NCBI GenBank assembly: GCA_036498705.1
Contig: DASYFA010000152.1
Location: 1-57,708, forward strand
Source: Paenibacillus sp.
Lineage (GTDB): Bacteria > Bacillota > Bacilli > Paenibacillales > Paenibacillaceae
Length of the DNA: 57,708 nucleotides
Direction: 5' to 3'
In this document: positions 9,243 through 19,492 of the stretch, piece by piece
Layout: each line of letters begins with the position of its first letter
How positions within the stretch are numbered: the stretch's first letter is position 1
The notes under the pieces: model-generated
The model's input: only the letters and a program-made list of their open reading frames with translations
What the model was told of the DNA's origin: nothing
Database searches by the model: none
Made by a program: the position numbers and the translations under genes

Positions 9243-11519
9243 TTAGAGTTGGTTCAAATGATCAATGAGTCCATCTAGCATCTCTTCTGTGAAAGCGCCT
9301 TGACTAAAGGAAACCAAAGAACGTAACGGCATATACTTCATCATCTCGGAGAACATTTCACTCGCATCTTCTTGAAGATCGCCTAATGTAGCGCTCATAC
9401 CCTCCTGAAACTGTTGAATCAATCCTTGTACAATCGGCGCTCTTTGCGGATCGCTCAACAGATCGATAACCGCCGTGGTTCTGTCACACTTGATTTTCAA
9501 GGTAACCGTTGACTTGACGCTCATCGTATCGCGCAAGACGATATCTTCAGACGAACGGCCTATCAAAATTTCAAATTCGCCGGACTCCACATGCCAATCT
9601 TTCAGCGCCACATTATAATAGGCGAAGGAACGCTTATCCAGTGTAAACGTAATGGTCTTCTCTTCACCCGGCTGAAGCTCGACTTTGGTAAAACCCTTCA
9701 ATTCTTTGGCAGGGCGCATAACCGCACTTTCCGTTTCGCGGACATATAGCTGAACGATTTCTTTGCCCGTACGAGATCCCGTATTTCGAATAGTTAGCTG
9801 TACGTTTACGGATTCCGTATCTTTGATTGCTTTGCGATCGATGACGATATTGGAATATTCAAATGTGGTGTAGCTCAGACCGTGACCGAATGGGAACAGC
9901 GGCTTGACCTCTTTTGTATCGTAATAGCGGTATCCGACAAAAATACCCTCGCGGTATTCGACTCGATTGCCTTCACCCGGGAAGAACAGGAAAGACGGAT
10001 TGTCGCTCAGCTTCATCGGGAACGTCTCAGCAAGCCTTCCGCTCGGATTCGCTTCGCCGAACAGCAGGTCCGCAATCGCGCCTCCCGTCGCCTGACCACC
10101 CAAGTAAGCTTCAAGAATCGATTTTACTTGACCAACCCAAGGCATTTCGATTGGTGAGCCGTTCATAAGTACGACAACCACATTACTTTGTACACTGCCA
10201 ATTTCTTTGATAAGCTCGTTCTGGTTCGCAGGCATTTGCAAATGTTTACGATCATATCCCTCAGATTCGTAACGGTCAGGAAGACCTGCAATAATTACAG
10301 CTACATCTGCTTTACAAGCAAGTTTTTTCGCTTCCTCGACTAAAGCGGCGTCCGGATCGTCTTTATCGATATGGAAGCCTTGAGCGTACACAACCGAGGC
10401 AGAATCGCCCGCCAGCTTTTTGATTTCTTCAAACGGAACTTCGATTTTGGTCGGTTTGATGTGAGAGCTGCCGCCGCCTTGGTACCTCGGCTTTTGCGCA
10501 AACTCACCGATGACCGCTATTTTCTTACCTTTTGAGAGCGGTAGCAGGTTCTCTTCGTTTTTCAGCAGCACCATCGTTTCACAGGCAACCGAACGCGCCA
10601 GTAGGTGATGTTCATCCCGGTCATATGTGGCGTTTGGCTTTTTATGATCCATACTCATGAAAATGATGCGCAAAATCCGTTCTACGGCACGATTGAGCGT
10701 CTCCTCGGACAATTGTCCATTGCGGACAGCCTCTGCGATTTTCCGGTCACCCATACCGCCGTTTGCGGGCATCTCGAGCTCTTGCCCGGCGGAAAGACCG
10801 TCTACCCGAACATTGCTCGCCCCCCAATCGGTAACAGTGAACCCCTCATGACCCCATTCTTCCTTCAGAATATCGGTAAGCAAAAACTTGTTTTCGGAGG
10901 CATACGTTCCGTTTACTTTGTTGTAAGCGCTCATGACCGTCCAAGGCTGAGCATTTTTTACCGGCCCTTCGAAGCTCGCCAAATAAATTTCCCGCAGCGT
11001 ACGCTCATCCGCAATAGCGTCAATATCTAACCGTCTATGCTCCTGATTATTTACCGCAAAGTGTTTAAGCGATGTACCGACACCCTGGCTTTGGACACCT
11101 TTAATATGGCTGGTCACCATTTCCGAGGAAAGGTAAGGATCCTCCGAGAAGTATTCGAAGTTACGTCCGCATAATGGTGAGCGCTTGATGTTCGCGCCTG
11201 GTCCTAGCAGGACCGCAATGTCCTCCGCTTGGCATTCTTCACCCAGCGCTACGCCGACCTTGCCAATCAACTCGCGGTTCCACGAGCTAGCCATTCCGGC
11301 TGCCGAAGGGAAGCAAGTCGCGGGTACACTGTCTGCTATGCCTAAGTGATCCGAGTCTCCCATCTGTTTGCGTAGCCCATGTGGACCGTCCGTCACCATA
11401 ATGCTAGGAATACCAAGGCGCTCAACACCTTTTAAATGCCAAAAATCAAGACCCGAGCACATACCTGCCTTTTCTTCCAATGTCATCTCAGCAATTAGAG
11501 CTTGGATATCGCGTTTCAT
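9243..11519 (-). CDS. GH3 beta-glucosidase (cytoplasmic BglB-like)
   Basis: [52 protein letters not shown]; RBS aggagg. Confidence 0.95.
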   Translation of the reverse strand: MKRDIQALIAEMTLEEKAGMCSGLDFWHLKGVERLGIPSIMVTDGPHGLRKQMGDSDHLGIADSVPATCFPSAAGMASSWNRELIGKVGVALGEECQAEDIAVLLGPGANIKRSPLCGRNFEYFSEDPYLSSEMVTSHIKGVQSQGVGTSLKHFAVNNQEHRRLDIDAIADERTLREIYLASFEGPVKNAQPWTVMSAYNKVNGTYASENKFLLTDILKEEWGHEGFTVTDWGASNVRVDGLSAGQELEMPANGGMGDRKIAEAVRNGQLSEETLNRAVERILRIIFMSMDHKKPNATYDRDEHHLLARSVACETMVLLKNEENLLPLSKGKKIAVIGEFAQKPRYQGGGSSHIKPTKIEVPFEEIKKLAGDSASVVYAQGFHIDKDDPDAALVEEAKKLACKADVAVIIAGLPDRYESEGYDRKHLQMPANQNELIKEIGSVQSNVVVVLMNGSPIEMPWVGQVKSILEAYLGGQATGGAIADLLFGEANPSGRLAETFPMKLSDNPSFLFFPGEGNRVEYREGIFVGYRYYDTKEVKPLFPFGHGLSYTTFEYSNIVIDRKAIKDTESVNVQLTIRNTGSRTGKEIVQLYVRETESAVMRPAKELKGFTKVELQPGEEKTITFTLDKRSFAYYNVALKDWHVESGEFEILIGRSSEDIVLRDTMSVKSTVTLKIKCDRTTAVIDLLSDPQRAPIVQGLIQQFQEGMSATLGDLQEDASEMFSEMMKYMPLRSLVSFSQGAFTEEMLDGLIDHLNQL

Positions 11520-11568
11520 GTAGATATGACCTCCTAGGATACAAGAATCTTTACTGGCCTTATTATTT

Positions 11569-11736
11569 CATGAAATCGCTTTCCCTTATGTTATGATACT
11601 GAGAAAAATCGTATGTGAGTGGGGAGGCCTTAGATATATTGCTGTTGAGGAAATCAAAACATAGATAGTCGCTATACTCCATGAATCCGCTTCCTTTTAT
11701 GATATAATACTGAGAAAAACCGTATGTAAGAGGGGG
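11569..11736 (+). repeat. Tandem duplicated 57-bp promoter/RBS element (11569-11625 and 11680-11736)
   Basis: catgaaatcgctttcccttatgttatgatactgagaaaaatcgtatgtgagtgggg and catgaatccgcttccttttatgatataatactgagaaaaaccgtatgtaagagggg align without gaps; contains an extended -10 TGnTATAAT-like box. Confidence 0.85.
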
Positions 11737-11743
11737 TTCCACA

Positions 11744-12982
11744 GTGGTCAATAATCCCGATTACCCTGATCTATCCTACTCGTGTAAGCTACTATCTGAA
11801 AACACACAACTACCGGTCTTTTATACAAAGGAAGGACATGCTGTCGAGACAATTTGGGGAAGTAGGGATCAGCATAATCCTTTTTTCATGGAATTTGAAA
11901 AGCTTGTCCGCCCATTTATCGAGAAAGAGATGGAATACCCAGTGATTCTCACGGCAAATTCCTGGGAGGATTTTATTATAGTACCTGTTAAACGTCATGG
12001 AGAGCGGAGTGGATTCGTTGTCATTGGCCCTTCAGTCCGTCAGGCAACAACGGAGGAGCATATCCTTGGACTCATGAATGATAACCACTTGTCCTATCGT
12101 GATCTACCCAACTGGAAGGCATATTGGGATAGCCTACCCGTCGTGAGCCATCTTCGTCTGCATCAGATCATCGCACTTGCACATTGGATGATTAATCAAG
12201 AGACTTTGGAGATTACGGATGTGCTGCAATATAGTTATCAGTCTGTGCTACCAGCCATGTTCAAGGAGAATATAGCTATCGAAGTTTCAACCAGTAGGGA
12301 ACTGTCGGTGTCTAATCATAGTTTGAAAATCAGGGACCAGTTGGAAGAATTAATTCGTACAGGCAATACAACCGAATTAATAAAACAGTGGGTTGCCATT
12401 CCTACCGAGGGCATTGGGGTCTTATCTAAGCGGAGTCAACTCCGTAATGCAAAAAATTTAGCCATTTGCTGCATTATGCTCGCGACGGGGGCCGCTATAG
12501 AAGGAGGATTATATGAGGATCTGGCTTTAACGCTCAGTGATCTACATATTCAGCAAATTGAGGATCTGAATGAAGTCAAGGCGGTTGAAGCCGCGATGGC
12601 CAGCGTGGTATGGGACTTTACGGAACGGGTCAAACAGAGCCGGAATGAGAAGATGTCCAAACCTGTCAGGGTTTGCTGTGAGTATATTTACAGTCATTTA
12701 TATCAAGAGATTACAATCGATAAGCTCACAGAGTTGACAGGACTGAATGACAGCTATTTGATGAATTTATTCAAGAAGCAAACAGGCATGACGCTAATGA
12801 ACTATGTCCAGAAACAGCGGGTGGAAGAAGCAATGGAGTTGCTCCGTATAACCAATGATACGGTATCGTCCATTGGATTGAGGTTGAATTTTAGTGATCA
12901 ATCTCATTTTATTAAAGTGTTCAAGAAGTTTACGGGTATTACGCCTAAGAAGTACCGATCTACGTTGATTACAGAAGGTTGA
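11744..12982 (+). CDS. AraC-family transcriptional regulator with large N-terminal sensor
   Basis: C-terminal double HTH (YLMNLFKKQTG...FSDQSHFIKVFKKFTGITPKKYR); GTG start. Confidence 0.92.
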   Translation: MVNNPDYPDLSYSCKLLSENTQLPVFYTKEGHAVETIWGSRDQHNPFFMEFEKLVRPFIEKEMEYPVILTANSWEDFIIVPVKRHGERSGFVVIGPSVRQATTEEHILGLMNDNHLSYRDLPNWKAYWDSLPVVSHLRLHQIIALAHWMINQETLEITDVLQYSYQSVLPAMFKENIAIEVSTSRELSVSNHSLKIRDQLEELIRTGNTTELIKQWVAIPTEGIGVLSKRSQLRNAKNLAICCIMLATGAAIEGGLYEDLALTLSDLHIQQIEDLNEVKAVEAAMASVVWDFTERVKQSRNEKMSKPVRVCCEYIYSHLYQEITIDKLTELTGLNDSYLMNLFKKQTGMTLMNYVQKQRVEEAMELLRITNDTVSSIGLRLNFSDQSHFIKVFKKFTGITPKKYRSTLITEG

Positions 12983-12993
12983 CGGAACGAAAG

Positions 12994-13028
12994 TGAGGCA
13001 TCTTTCGGGAACTCCAATCGATGCCTCA
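12994..13028. terminator. Hairpin between convergent araC and SDR genes
   Basis: tgaggcatc...gatgcctca inverted repeat. Confidence 0.5.
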
Positions 13029-13038
13029 TGAACCACGT

Positions 13039-13797
13039 TTACAGCGTCAAACCACCATCCACGACAATAATTGAACCTGTCATATAGCTGGACTTGTTGG
13101 AAGTTAGGAAGACGACCATCTCTGCTACTTCTGACGGATCAGCAAATCTCCCCATTCGCATGTTCGGGAACTCCTCTGGCATGTAGCCAGATTCCTGAAG
13201 CATCATGGGAACAGATTGCGCCAATGTCGTATCGACGCCCCCTGGACAAATCGCATTAACACGAATCCCTTTTTTTACGTATTCCAGAGATGCAGCCTTC
13301 GTCAACCCGATCACGGCATGCTTGCTCGCAGCGTATGCTGCGAGGCTGTGTTCAGCGCGAACGCCAGCTGTTGATGATGTATTGATGATCGAACCGTACC
13401 CTTGCTTCTCCATGACCTTAAGAACATGCTTTAGACCAAGAAATACACCCTTAACGTTTACATCCATGATACGGTCGTATTCGGTCACGTCGATATCCGT
13501 TAGCATAGAGAACTTTTGTATAACACCAGCGTTATTGAAAAATGCATCAATTTGTCCATACGTTTCGACGGCCAGTTGAACATACCGTTCAACATCTTCG
13601 TTCTTCGATACATCGGCCTGCACAAAGATGCCTTCCCCACCATGTTCACGAATAAGTGCTAGCGTCTCTTCACCCGTCGTTTGATTGAAATCGACCGCGA
13701 CGATTTTCGCTCCGTTTTGTGCCAGCTTAATACAACTTGCGCGTCCGATTCCACTGCCTGCTCCGGTAACCACTACGATTGGATTTTCGTTCTTCAT
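13039..13797 (-). CDS. Classical short-chain dehydrogenase/reductase
   Basis: TGAGSGIG, NNAG, YAASK catalytic motif, VDGG tail. Confidence 0.95.
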   Translation of the reverse strand: MKNENPIVVVTGAGSGIGRASCIKLAQNGAKIVAVDFNQTTGEETLALIREHGGEGIFVQADVSKNEDVERYVQLAVETYGQIDAFFNNAGVIQKFSMLTDIDVTEYDRIMDVNVKGVFLGLKHVLKVMEKQGYGSIINTSSTAGVRAEHSLAAYAASKHAVIGLTKAASLEYVKKGIRVNAICPGGVDTTLAQSVPMMLQESGYMPEEFPNMRMGRFADPSEVAEMVVFLTSNKSSYMTGSIIVVDGGLTL

Positions 13798-13934
13798 CTG
13801 TTCATTCCTCCATGTAATGTCATATTTAGCCTATATGTGCGTGAAGCTAGTACAGTTCTAAATATCTCATGCAGGTGGATTCTCATATAGAATGATTCTG
13901 TGAAAAATGGTCTATCTATGACCGGTCCATATAG

Positions 13935-13970
13935 AAAAAGGAGTTAAGCACGTTATGTCGCTTAACTCCT
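13935..13970 (-). terminator. Intrinsic terminator after CHR pair
   Basis: aggagttaagc/gcttaactcct stem with A-run (U-tail on minus strand). Confidence 0.75.
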
Positions 13971-13973
13971 ACG

Positions 13974-14507
13974 TTATAAAATAACGATTCCAGCCACTGC
14001 TGCCAGCAAAATAACAGCAAAAGGATGCACTTTAAACTTGGTTACTCCAATAAGACATCCTACACTGATCAACAGACTCCCTGCCATAGACCAACTCAAT
14101 AAAGCATCGCTTCTTCCGCTAAATGCAAAGTGGATAGCCGCATAAATAATCATGCCGGTAATCACCGGACGTAGCCCGTAGAACGAAGATTTCACCCAAT
14201 TATTACTCTGCATCCGCATGAATAGTGCTGTGATCAGAATGACAATAATTAATGACGGAAGTATCATGCCAATCGTAGAGACAATAGCTCCTAAAATTCC
14301 ATACTCCAAATAACCAATCAAGGTAGCAGCATTCGTAGCAATGGAACCTGGGGCCATTCCGGCAATAGCCACAATCTCCTGGAACTGCTGGTCGTCAATC
14401 CAACCTTTGCTGGACACTTCCCTTTGAATCAACGTCATAACGGCATAACCGCCACCAAAAGAAATAAGACCTACCTTAACAAATACTAAAAACAGCTTCC
14501 AAATCAT
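13974..14507 (-). CDS. Short-chain chromate ion transporter (CHR) subunit, second of pair
   Basis: SFGGGYA, APGSIATN, LPS motifs; 177 aa hydrophobic. Confidence 0.9.
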   Translation of the reverse strand: MIWKLFLVFVKVGLISFGGGYAVMTLIQREVSSKGWIDDQQFQEIVAIAGMAPGSIATNAATLIGYLEYGILGAIVSTIGMILPSLIIVILITALFMRMQSNNWVKSSFYGLRPVITGMIIYAAIHFAFSGRSDALLSWSMAGSLLISVGCLIGVTKFKVHPFAVILLAAVAGIVIL

Positions 14508-14520
14508 ATCATGATCACCC

Positions 14521-15165
14521 TCAGATGTAATATTCAGGGAAATGAGGCTCCTTCATCTCTTCAGGTCGCTCTCTCTCCGTCTTCACGGCCATTCCATAAT
14601 TCCGCTTCAAGATCACTACGACAATCCCGATTATGGGTCCTCCTAGTATTAAATAGAACGGATGAATTCCGGTAAACAGCAGTAATATAACCGCCATTGC
14701 AGCAATAACCAATGTAGCCGAATCGATGACAGATGATCTCCACATTTTATAAGCAGCGACAATAATCAGGGAGACCACTGCAGCATGAATTCCTTTTAGA
14801 GCCGCTGCTACTTTAACATTGTCTTTGAATACAGCTCCAAGCAGACTTAATATCAATACGATAAAAAATGTAGGCAGTGTAATCGCAGTCACGGCAATAA
14901 CAGCACCCGCTACACCGCCAAGGCGATATCCAATAAATGCAGCGGAGTTAACAGCAACCCCTCCAGGAGCTGATCCGGAGATGGATACCATCTCCCCCAT
15001 TTCCTCCTGACTCATCCATTTCTTCTTATGGACGATCTCCTGTTCAATCGTTGCGATCATGGCATATCCACCGCCGAATGTAGACGGTCCAATTTTGAAA
15101 AAGACCGCGAATATTTGCATTAGTTTCTTCAATCTATCATGTATTGAATTCTTCATCCCGTTCAC
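14521..15165 (-). CDS. Short-chain chromate ion transporter (CHR) subunit, first of pair
   Basis: KIGPSTFGGGYAMI, APGGVAVN, IGYR; tandem with the second CHR half; exact start uncertain. Confidence 0.9.
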   Translation of the reverse strand: MNGMKNSIHDRLKKLMQIFAVFFKIGPSTFGGGYAMIATIEQEIVHKKKWMSQEEMGEMVSISGSAPGGVAVNSAAFIGYRLGGVAGAVIAVTAITLPTFFIVLILSLLGAVFKDNVKVAAALKGIHAAVVSLIIVAAYKMWRSSVIDSATLVIAAMAVILLLFTGIHPFYLILGGPIIGIVVVILKRNYGMAVKTERERPEEMKEPHFPEYYI

Positions 15166-15433
15166 CTTCTCAGTCTCGTTGTTCCTCTATTGGGAAATTA
15201 ACACCCTCTAATCATAACACATTTATTCCATTTTGGATTTAAGTTTTCCGTTTTGAACAAATAATAATTAAATATCGGGTAATTAAATCGGAATTCATTC
15301 CTTTTAAACTCAAGTATATTTCTTTTTGGAATTATTGTTCTATAACTCATGATCCTATCTGGAATTTATATAAAGATAACGATATACTTATTGATATCCC
15401 GACTAATTAACTTGGAAATGGAGAAAGATAAAT

Positions 15434-16621
15434 ATGATCGCTCATTCCAATCCTTCAATAAAAAAACAAGTATATGACCGGATCGCCTATCACGGCATGA
15501 TTACCAAGGCTGAATTATTAAATTATTTCTCCATTACCAGCAGCAGCATGACCCGCCTGTTGGATGAGATGACTGCACAAGAACTGATCATGGTCTCTGG
15601 GTTTGGCAACTCTACTGGTGGTAGAAAACCAATTTTGTTCCAGACCAATCCGAAATATCGTTACCTGATCGGCTTAGAAATCTCTCGGATCTACTCCACG
15701 ATAGGATTGTATGATTTGCATCTCAATCCCCTCTCCATAGTCCGCTGGAAGATGGATGACAGTATGACTCCTGAACTTCTGGTCGAACAAATTACGAAGA
15801 CTGCCCATCAATTTATGGAAAAGCAGCAAATCACCGCAAAAGATGTTCTCGGCATTGGAATTGGAGCCGTCGGGCCGCTCGATCAGCAGAATGGAGTTAT
15901 TCTTAATCCAGAACTATTCCCTGCTCCGAACTGGAGGGATATTCCTATATGTCAGATGATCACGGAGCGGTTACATATTCCAGCTAAGCTCGACAATGGA
16001 GCAAATACCGCTCTCATTGGGGAACATTGGGTGCTTAAAACCAAAGACATTCAACATGCCCTCTATGTGCATGTTGGAGCCAACGTCCGATCTGCTGTCA
16101 TGTCCGGCGGACAAATTCTGCGCGGTGCCGTAGACACAGAAGGGGCGATTGGCCAGATGATCATTCAGGCGAACGGGCCGAGACTAGGAGATAAGGGAAA
16201 CTATGGAGCCTTGGAGGCTTACGTATCAGTAGCTTCACTTGTGGATCGTATACGTACTCAACTAAAAATAGGGCGCAGTAGTCTGCTTGCCGACATATCT
16301 CCAGACCATATTAATTTTGCATCTCTTATTAATGCACTTCACCAGGGTGATCTGTTAGTTCAGGAGCAGTTTACGGAAACATCCGCATATCTCGGGATCG
16401 GACTGGCTAACTTGATCAATATGCTTCATCCCGAATATGTCGTTCTGGGAGGCCCTCTCATAAGTGCTCATCCGCTTGTATTTGATACCGCCACTGAGAT
16501 TGCCAAGAAGAATACCTACCATTACCCCAAATACAGCCCGATTTTCACACAAGGCACACTTACCGATGAGGCAGTAGCAACCGGGGCCGCTATAATGATA
16601 TTGCACGATTGGGAGATTTGA
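15434..16621 (+). CDS. ROK-family transcriptional regulator
   Basis: N-terminal HTH with STGGRKP, GIGIGAVGP, DNGAN-x-A-x-x-GE; lacks the CxCGxxGC zinc motif. Confidence 0.9.
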   Translation: MIAHSNPSIKKQVYDRIAYHGMITKAELLNYFSITSSSMTRLLDEMTAQELIMVSGFGNSTGGRKPILFQTNPKYRYLIGLEISRIYSTIGLYDLHLNPLSIVRWKMDDSMTPELLVEQITKTAHQFMEKQQITAKDVLGIGIGAVGPLDQQNGVILNPELFPAPNWRDIPICQMITERLHIPAKLDNGANTALIGEHWVLKTKDIQHALYVHVGANVRSAVMSGGQILRGAVDTEGAIGQMIIQANGPRLGDKGNYGALEAYVSVASLVDRIRTQLKIGRSSLLADISPDHINFASLINALHQGDLLVQEQFTETSAYLGIGLANLINMLHPEYVVLGGPLISAHPLVFDTATEIAKKNTYHYPKYSPIFTQGTLTDEAVATGAAIMILHDWEI

Positions 16622-16739
16622 TGAATTAGTATGATTATTTACGAATGCAACGGTAATAAGTTCAATTTGATATTAAGATCATGACTACACCATGTTTTCA
16701 ATGCATTAATATAGTATTCTCGGTATACTTTATATTATT

Positions 16740-16768
16740 TTGACATTATTGAGAGAGGGTGCTATCTT
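16740..16768 (+). promoter_or_regulatory. SigA-type promoter of the sulfatase maturase
   Basis: TTGACA-17 bp-TATCTT with extended -10 TG. Confidence 0.6.
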
Positions 16769-16797
16769 AACATTTAAAACAACTAGGAGGGATCTCT

Positions 16798-18063
16798 TTG
16801 TCAGGAGCTTGCATCGCAAATGGTCACTCAAGAATTGGCGTCATGTGGAAGACCGTGTCGGAAGACTGTAATTTGGCCTGTGATTATTGCTATTACAGTA
16901 CTTGCGGAGGTAAACCCGGCCCCAAAATCAATAGAATCGACTCTGTTATCTTGGATAAATTCATCAAGGATTATATGGAACAGTGCCATGGTGCGGCTGT
17001 CTTTGCTTGGCAGGGAGGTGAGCCGCTGTTAGCAGGACACGAATTCTTTGAAGAGGTGGTGCAGCTTCAAGCTCAGCATGCCCTTCCTTATACTGTAATC
17101 AGTAATTCGTTGCAAACCAATGCTACATTAATTAATGACAAGTGGGCCTCCTTCTTCAAGAAATATAATTTCCTGATCGGGGTTAGTCTGGATGGCCCAC
17201 AGGAGATTCATGACTCCCGCCGAGTAAATTCTGCAGGCAAAGGAAGCTTCAGTCGTGTAATGGCTGGAATCGAGCATCTTCGCCGTCATCAAGTTGATTT
17301 CAATATATTAACCGTAGTCCACAAAGGCAATGTAGGCAAAGCTAAGGAACTGCTGCACTTCTATCGTGAGAACGGTTTCAATTTTGTTCAATTCATCCCT
17401 TGTATGGATTTTAGGTCCCAGCAAGTGAATGCGCCTGGAGTCTACGAAATTACTCCGCAAGAATACGGCGACTTTCTCTGTGAAGTGTTCGATGAATGGT
17501 ATAATAACGGAAATCCAGAGATATCGATCCGCTTTTTCGATAATATGCTCAGCGTATACCTGAACCGAGATGCAGAACTCTGTGTCCACCGGGGAGAATG
17601 CCCGACCAGCCTAGTGCTTGAACAGAATGGAGATGCATTTCCTTGCGACTTCTTCATCAATGACGAATGGAAAGTTGGTAATGTTGGCACCGATTCTATA
17701 GCAAGTATGCTGGCCCATCCAAACTATGATCGGTTTTATCGAATGAAGCCAGCCCTTCCAGATAAATGCCGTAGTTGTGATTGGAAGAAATTATGTTATG
17801 GGGGCTGCCCGCGGAACCGTCAGTGGAACCCCGAGGGAACTCAGTCTTCTCCAGATTTCTTCTGTCAAAGTTATATGCAAATATACGACTATGCCCATGA
17901 TAGAATGCTTGAATTGGGACAAAGATTACGTAACGAAATGTACTCCCACAACCTGAAGCACTACCTTAAAGGGAAGACTCCTGGACGTAACGACCCTTGT
18001 CCTTGCGGAAGCAACAAAAAATATAAAGCCTGCTGTGCAGCTGATCAGTCTCCTATCTTGTAA
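16798..18063 (+). CDS. Anaerobic sulfatase maturase (radical SAM/SPASM) with C-terminal SEC-C motif
   Basis: CNLACDYC, WQGGEPLL, SPASM cysteines, GRNDPCPCGSNKKYKACC; TTG start after aggagg. Confidence 0.92.
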   Translation: MSGACIANGHSRIGVMWKTVSEDCNLACDYCYYSTCGGKPGPKINRIDSVILDKFIKDYMEQCHGAAVFAWQGGEPLLAGHEFFEEVVQLQAQHALPYTVISNSLQTNATLINDKWASFFKKYNFLIGVSLDGPQEIHDSRRVNSAGKGSFSRVMAGIEHLRRHQVDFNILTVVHKGNVGKAKELLHFYRENGFNFVQFIPCMDFRSQQVNAPGVYEITPQEYGDFLCEVFDEWYNNGNPEISIRFFDNMLSVYLNRDAELCVHRGECPTSLVLEQNGDAFPCDFFINDEWKVGNVGTDSIASMLAHPNYDRFYRMKPALPDKCRSCDWKKLCYGGCPRNRQWNPEGTQSSPDFFCQSYMQIYDYAHDRMLELGQRLRNEMYSHNLKHYLKGKTPGRNDPCPCGSNKKYKACCAADQSPIL

Positions 18064-18086
18064 TGGACTTGCTGATTGGGATGTTC

Positions 18087-18121
18087 ATTGCTCCCTGCTC
18101 TCAAAGACAGGGGGCAATTTT
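18087..18121. terminator. Terminator between convergent anSME and araC
   Basis: attgctccctg/cagggggcaat stem followed by T-run. Confidence 0.65.
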
Positions 18122-18122
18122 A

Positions 18123-19385
18123 TCATTTGATGAATGTGTCCGCCGTGGAATGACCGTAAAAATACGTTGACCGATACTGCTTTGGGGTCATGCCCGTAAA
18201 TTTCTTAAAAGACTTCGTGAAATGAGATTGATCGTAAAAATTAAGCCGCGCTCCAATTGATGAAGTCGTATCATTCGTCATACTAAGCAGCTTCTTAGCC
18301 TCCTCGATCCGCTGCTTCTGAATATAATTCATCAGTGTCATGCCCGTCTTCTCTTTGAATAAATGCATCAAATAGCTACCGTTAAGACCCGTTAACTCTG
18401 CAAGCTGCTCTACGTTAATCTCTTGATACAAATGATTAAAAATATGCTCCTGACACATCCTCACGGGTTTGGATATACTCGCTCTCCGGCTCTGCTCAAC
18501 ACGCTCCGTAAAATCAAACAGTGCTCGAGCCTGTATGGCCACGACTTTATTCACGTCCTTCATTTCTTCGATTCGTTGAATATACAAATCACTAAGCTTG
18601 AAGGCCAGTTCTTCGTATAATCCTCCTTCTACGGCAGATCTCGTTACCAACGCAACCAGACAGATCGCTAGATTCTTCATATTGCGAAGCTGACTTCGCT
18701 TCGATAGTACTCCAACCCCCTCATTGGGAAAAGCAGTCCACTCCTTGGCTAGCTGTGCTGTATTACCGGTGCGAATAATTTCAAGGAACTGCTTTTCTAT
18801 TTTTAGGCTACTATGATACAACGGCAATTCCCGCTGGGCCGAAATTTCCATCTCGATCTCACCTATGGGCCTGTCAGAGAGGACATATTCATAGCTGTAT
18901 TGCTGCACATCGGTAATCTGTAATGCCTCCTGATTGATGATCCAATTTGCGAGAACAGCAATATGAAACAGACGAATACGATCCATCACAGGTAGGCTAC
19001 CCCAATATTCCTTCCACTGCGGCAGCTCGCGATAGGAGATCTGGCGATCGTTCATAAAACCCTCGATAAGCTCATCGGAAGGAACCCGCTGAATGGTAGG
19101 ACCGACAACAACGAATCCCTGCCGCTCTCCACTACTTTTCACAGGCACTACGATGAATTCCCCCCAAGAATTACTAGCAAGAATGACCGGGTAATCTACC
19201 TTTCTCTCCATAAAAGGCCGAATCTGAGCCTCTATTTCTCTAAAAAAAAGTTTATGCTTCTCCTCCATCCCCCACATCATATCCAATGAATCCCCATTCT
19301 CTGAATAAAAAACAGCGATCCGAATCGTCTCGTATAGCAACTTACAGGAGTAGGATAAATCCGGATGCCCTTGAACGTTGAACAT
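18123..19385 (-). CDS. AraC-family regulator, paralog of 11744-12982
   Basis: Shares PDLSYSCKLL, GVLSKRSQLRN-x-KNLAIC and HTH with the first AraC; ATG at 19385 after aaggaggg. Confidence 0.92.
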   Translation of the reverse strand: MFNVQGHPDLSYSCKLLYETIRIAVFYSENGDSLDMMWGMEEKHKLFFREIEAQIRPFMERKVDYPVILASNSWGEFIVVPVKSSGERQGFVVVGPTIQRVPSDELIEGFMNDRQISYRELPQWKEYWGSLPVMDRIRLFHIAVLANWIINQEALQITDVQQYSYEYVLSDRPIGEIEMEISAQRELPLYHSSLKIEKQFLEIIRTGNTAQLAKEWTAFPNEGVGVLSKRSQLRNMKNLAICLVALVTRSAVEGGLYEELAFKLSDLYIQRIEEMKDVNKVVAIQARALFDFTERVEQSRRASISKPVRMCQEHIFNHLYQEINVEQLAELTGLNGSYLMHLFKEKTGMTLMNYIQKQRIEEAKKLLSMTNDTTSSIGARLNFYDQSHFTKSFKKFTGMTPKQYRSTYFYGHSTADTFIK

Positions 19386-19395
19386 TTTAGAATCA

Positions 19396-19452
19396 CCCTC
19401 CTTCACGTACAAATTTTCTAATTATTATACCATAACAGAAAGCGATTTCATG
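19396..19452 (-). promoter_or_regulatory. Third copy of the araC promoter element
   Basis: Minus strand catgaaatcgctttctgttatggtataataattagaaaatttgtacgtgaaggaggg matches the 11569 and 11680 copies. Confidence 0.75.
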
Positions 19453-19492
19453 GGAAGATGTGAACTATAAAAGGTTTAGGAGGTTATATTTT

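Noticed and set aside
11563-11751. 62-aa ORF with internal repeat (PLTY-x-FSQY)
   Set aside because: The repeat simply reflects the duplicated promoter element; no RBS, and it overlaps divergent promoters
13974-15165. Heavy-metal resistance island
   Set aside because: No ChrB/ChrS-type regulator, other metal-resistance genes or mobility genes; context is sulfatase metabolism
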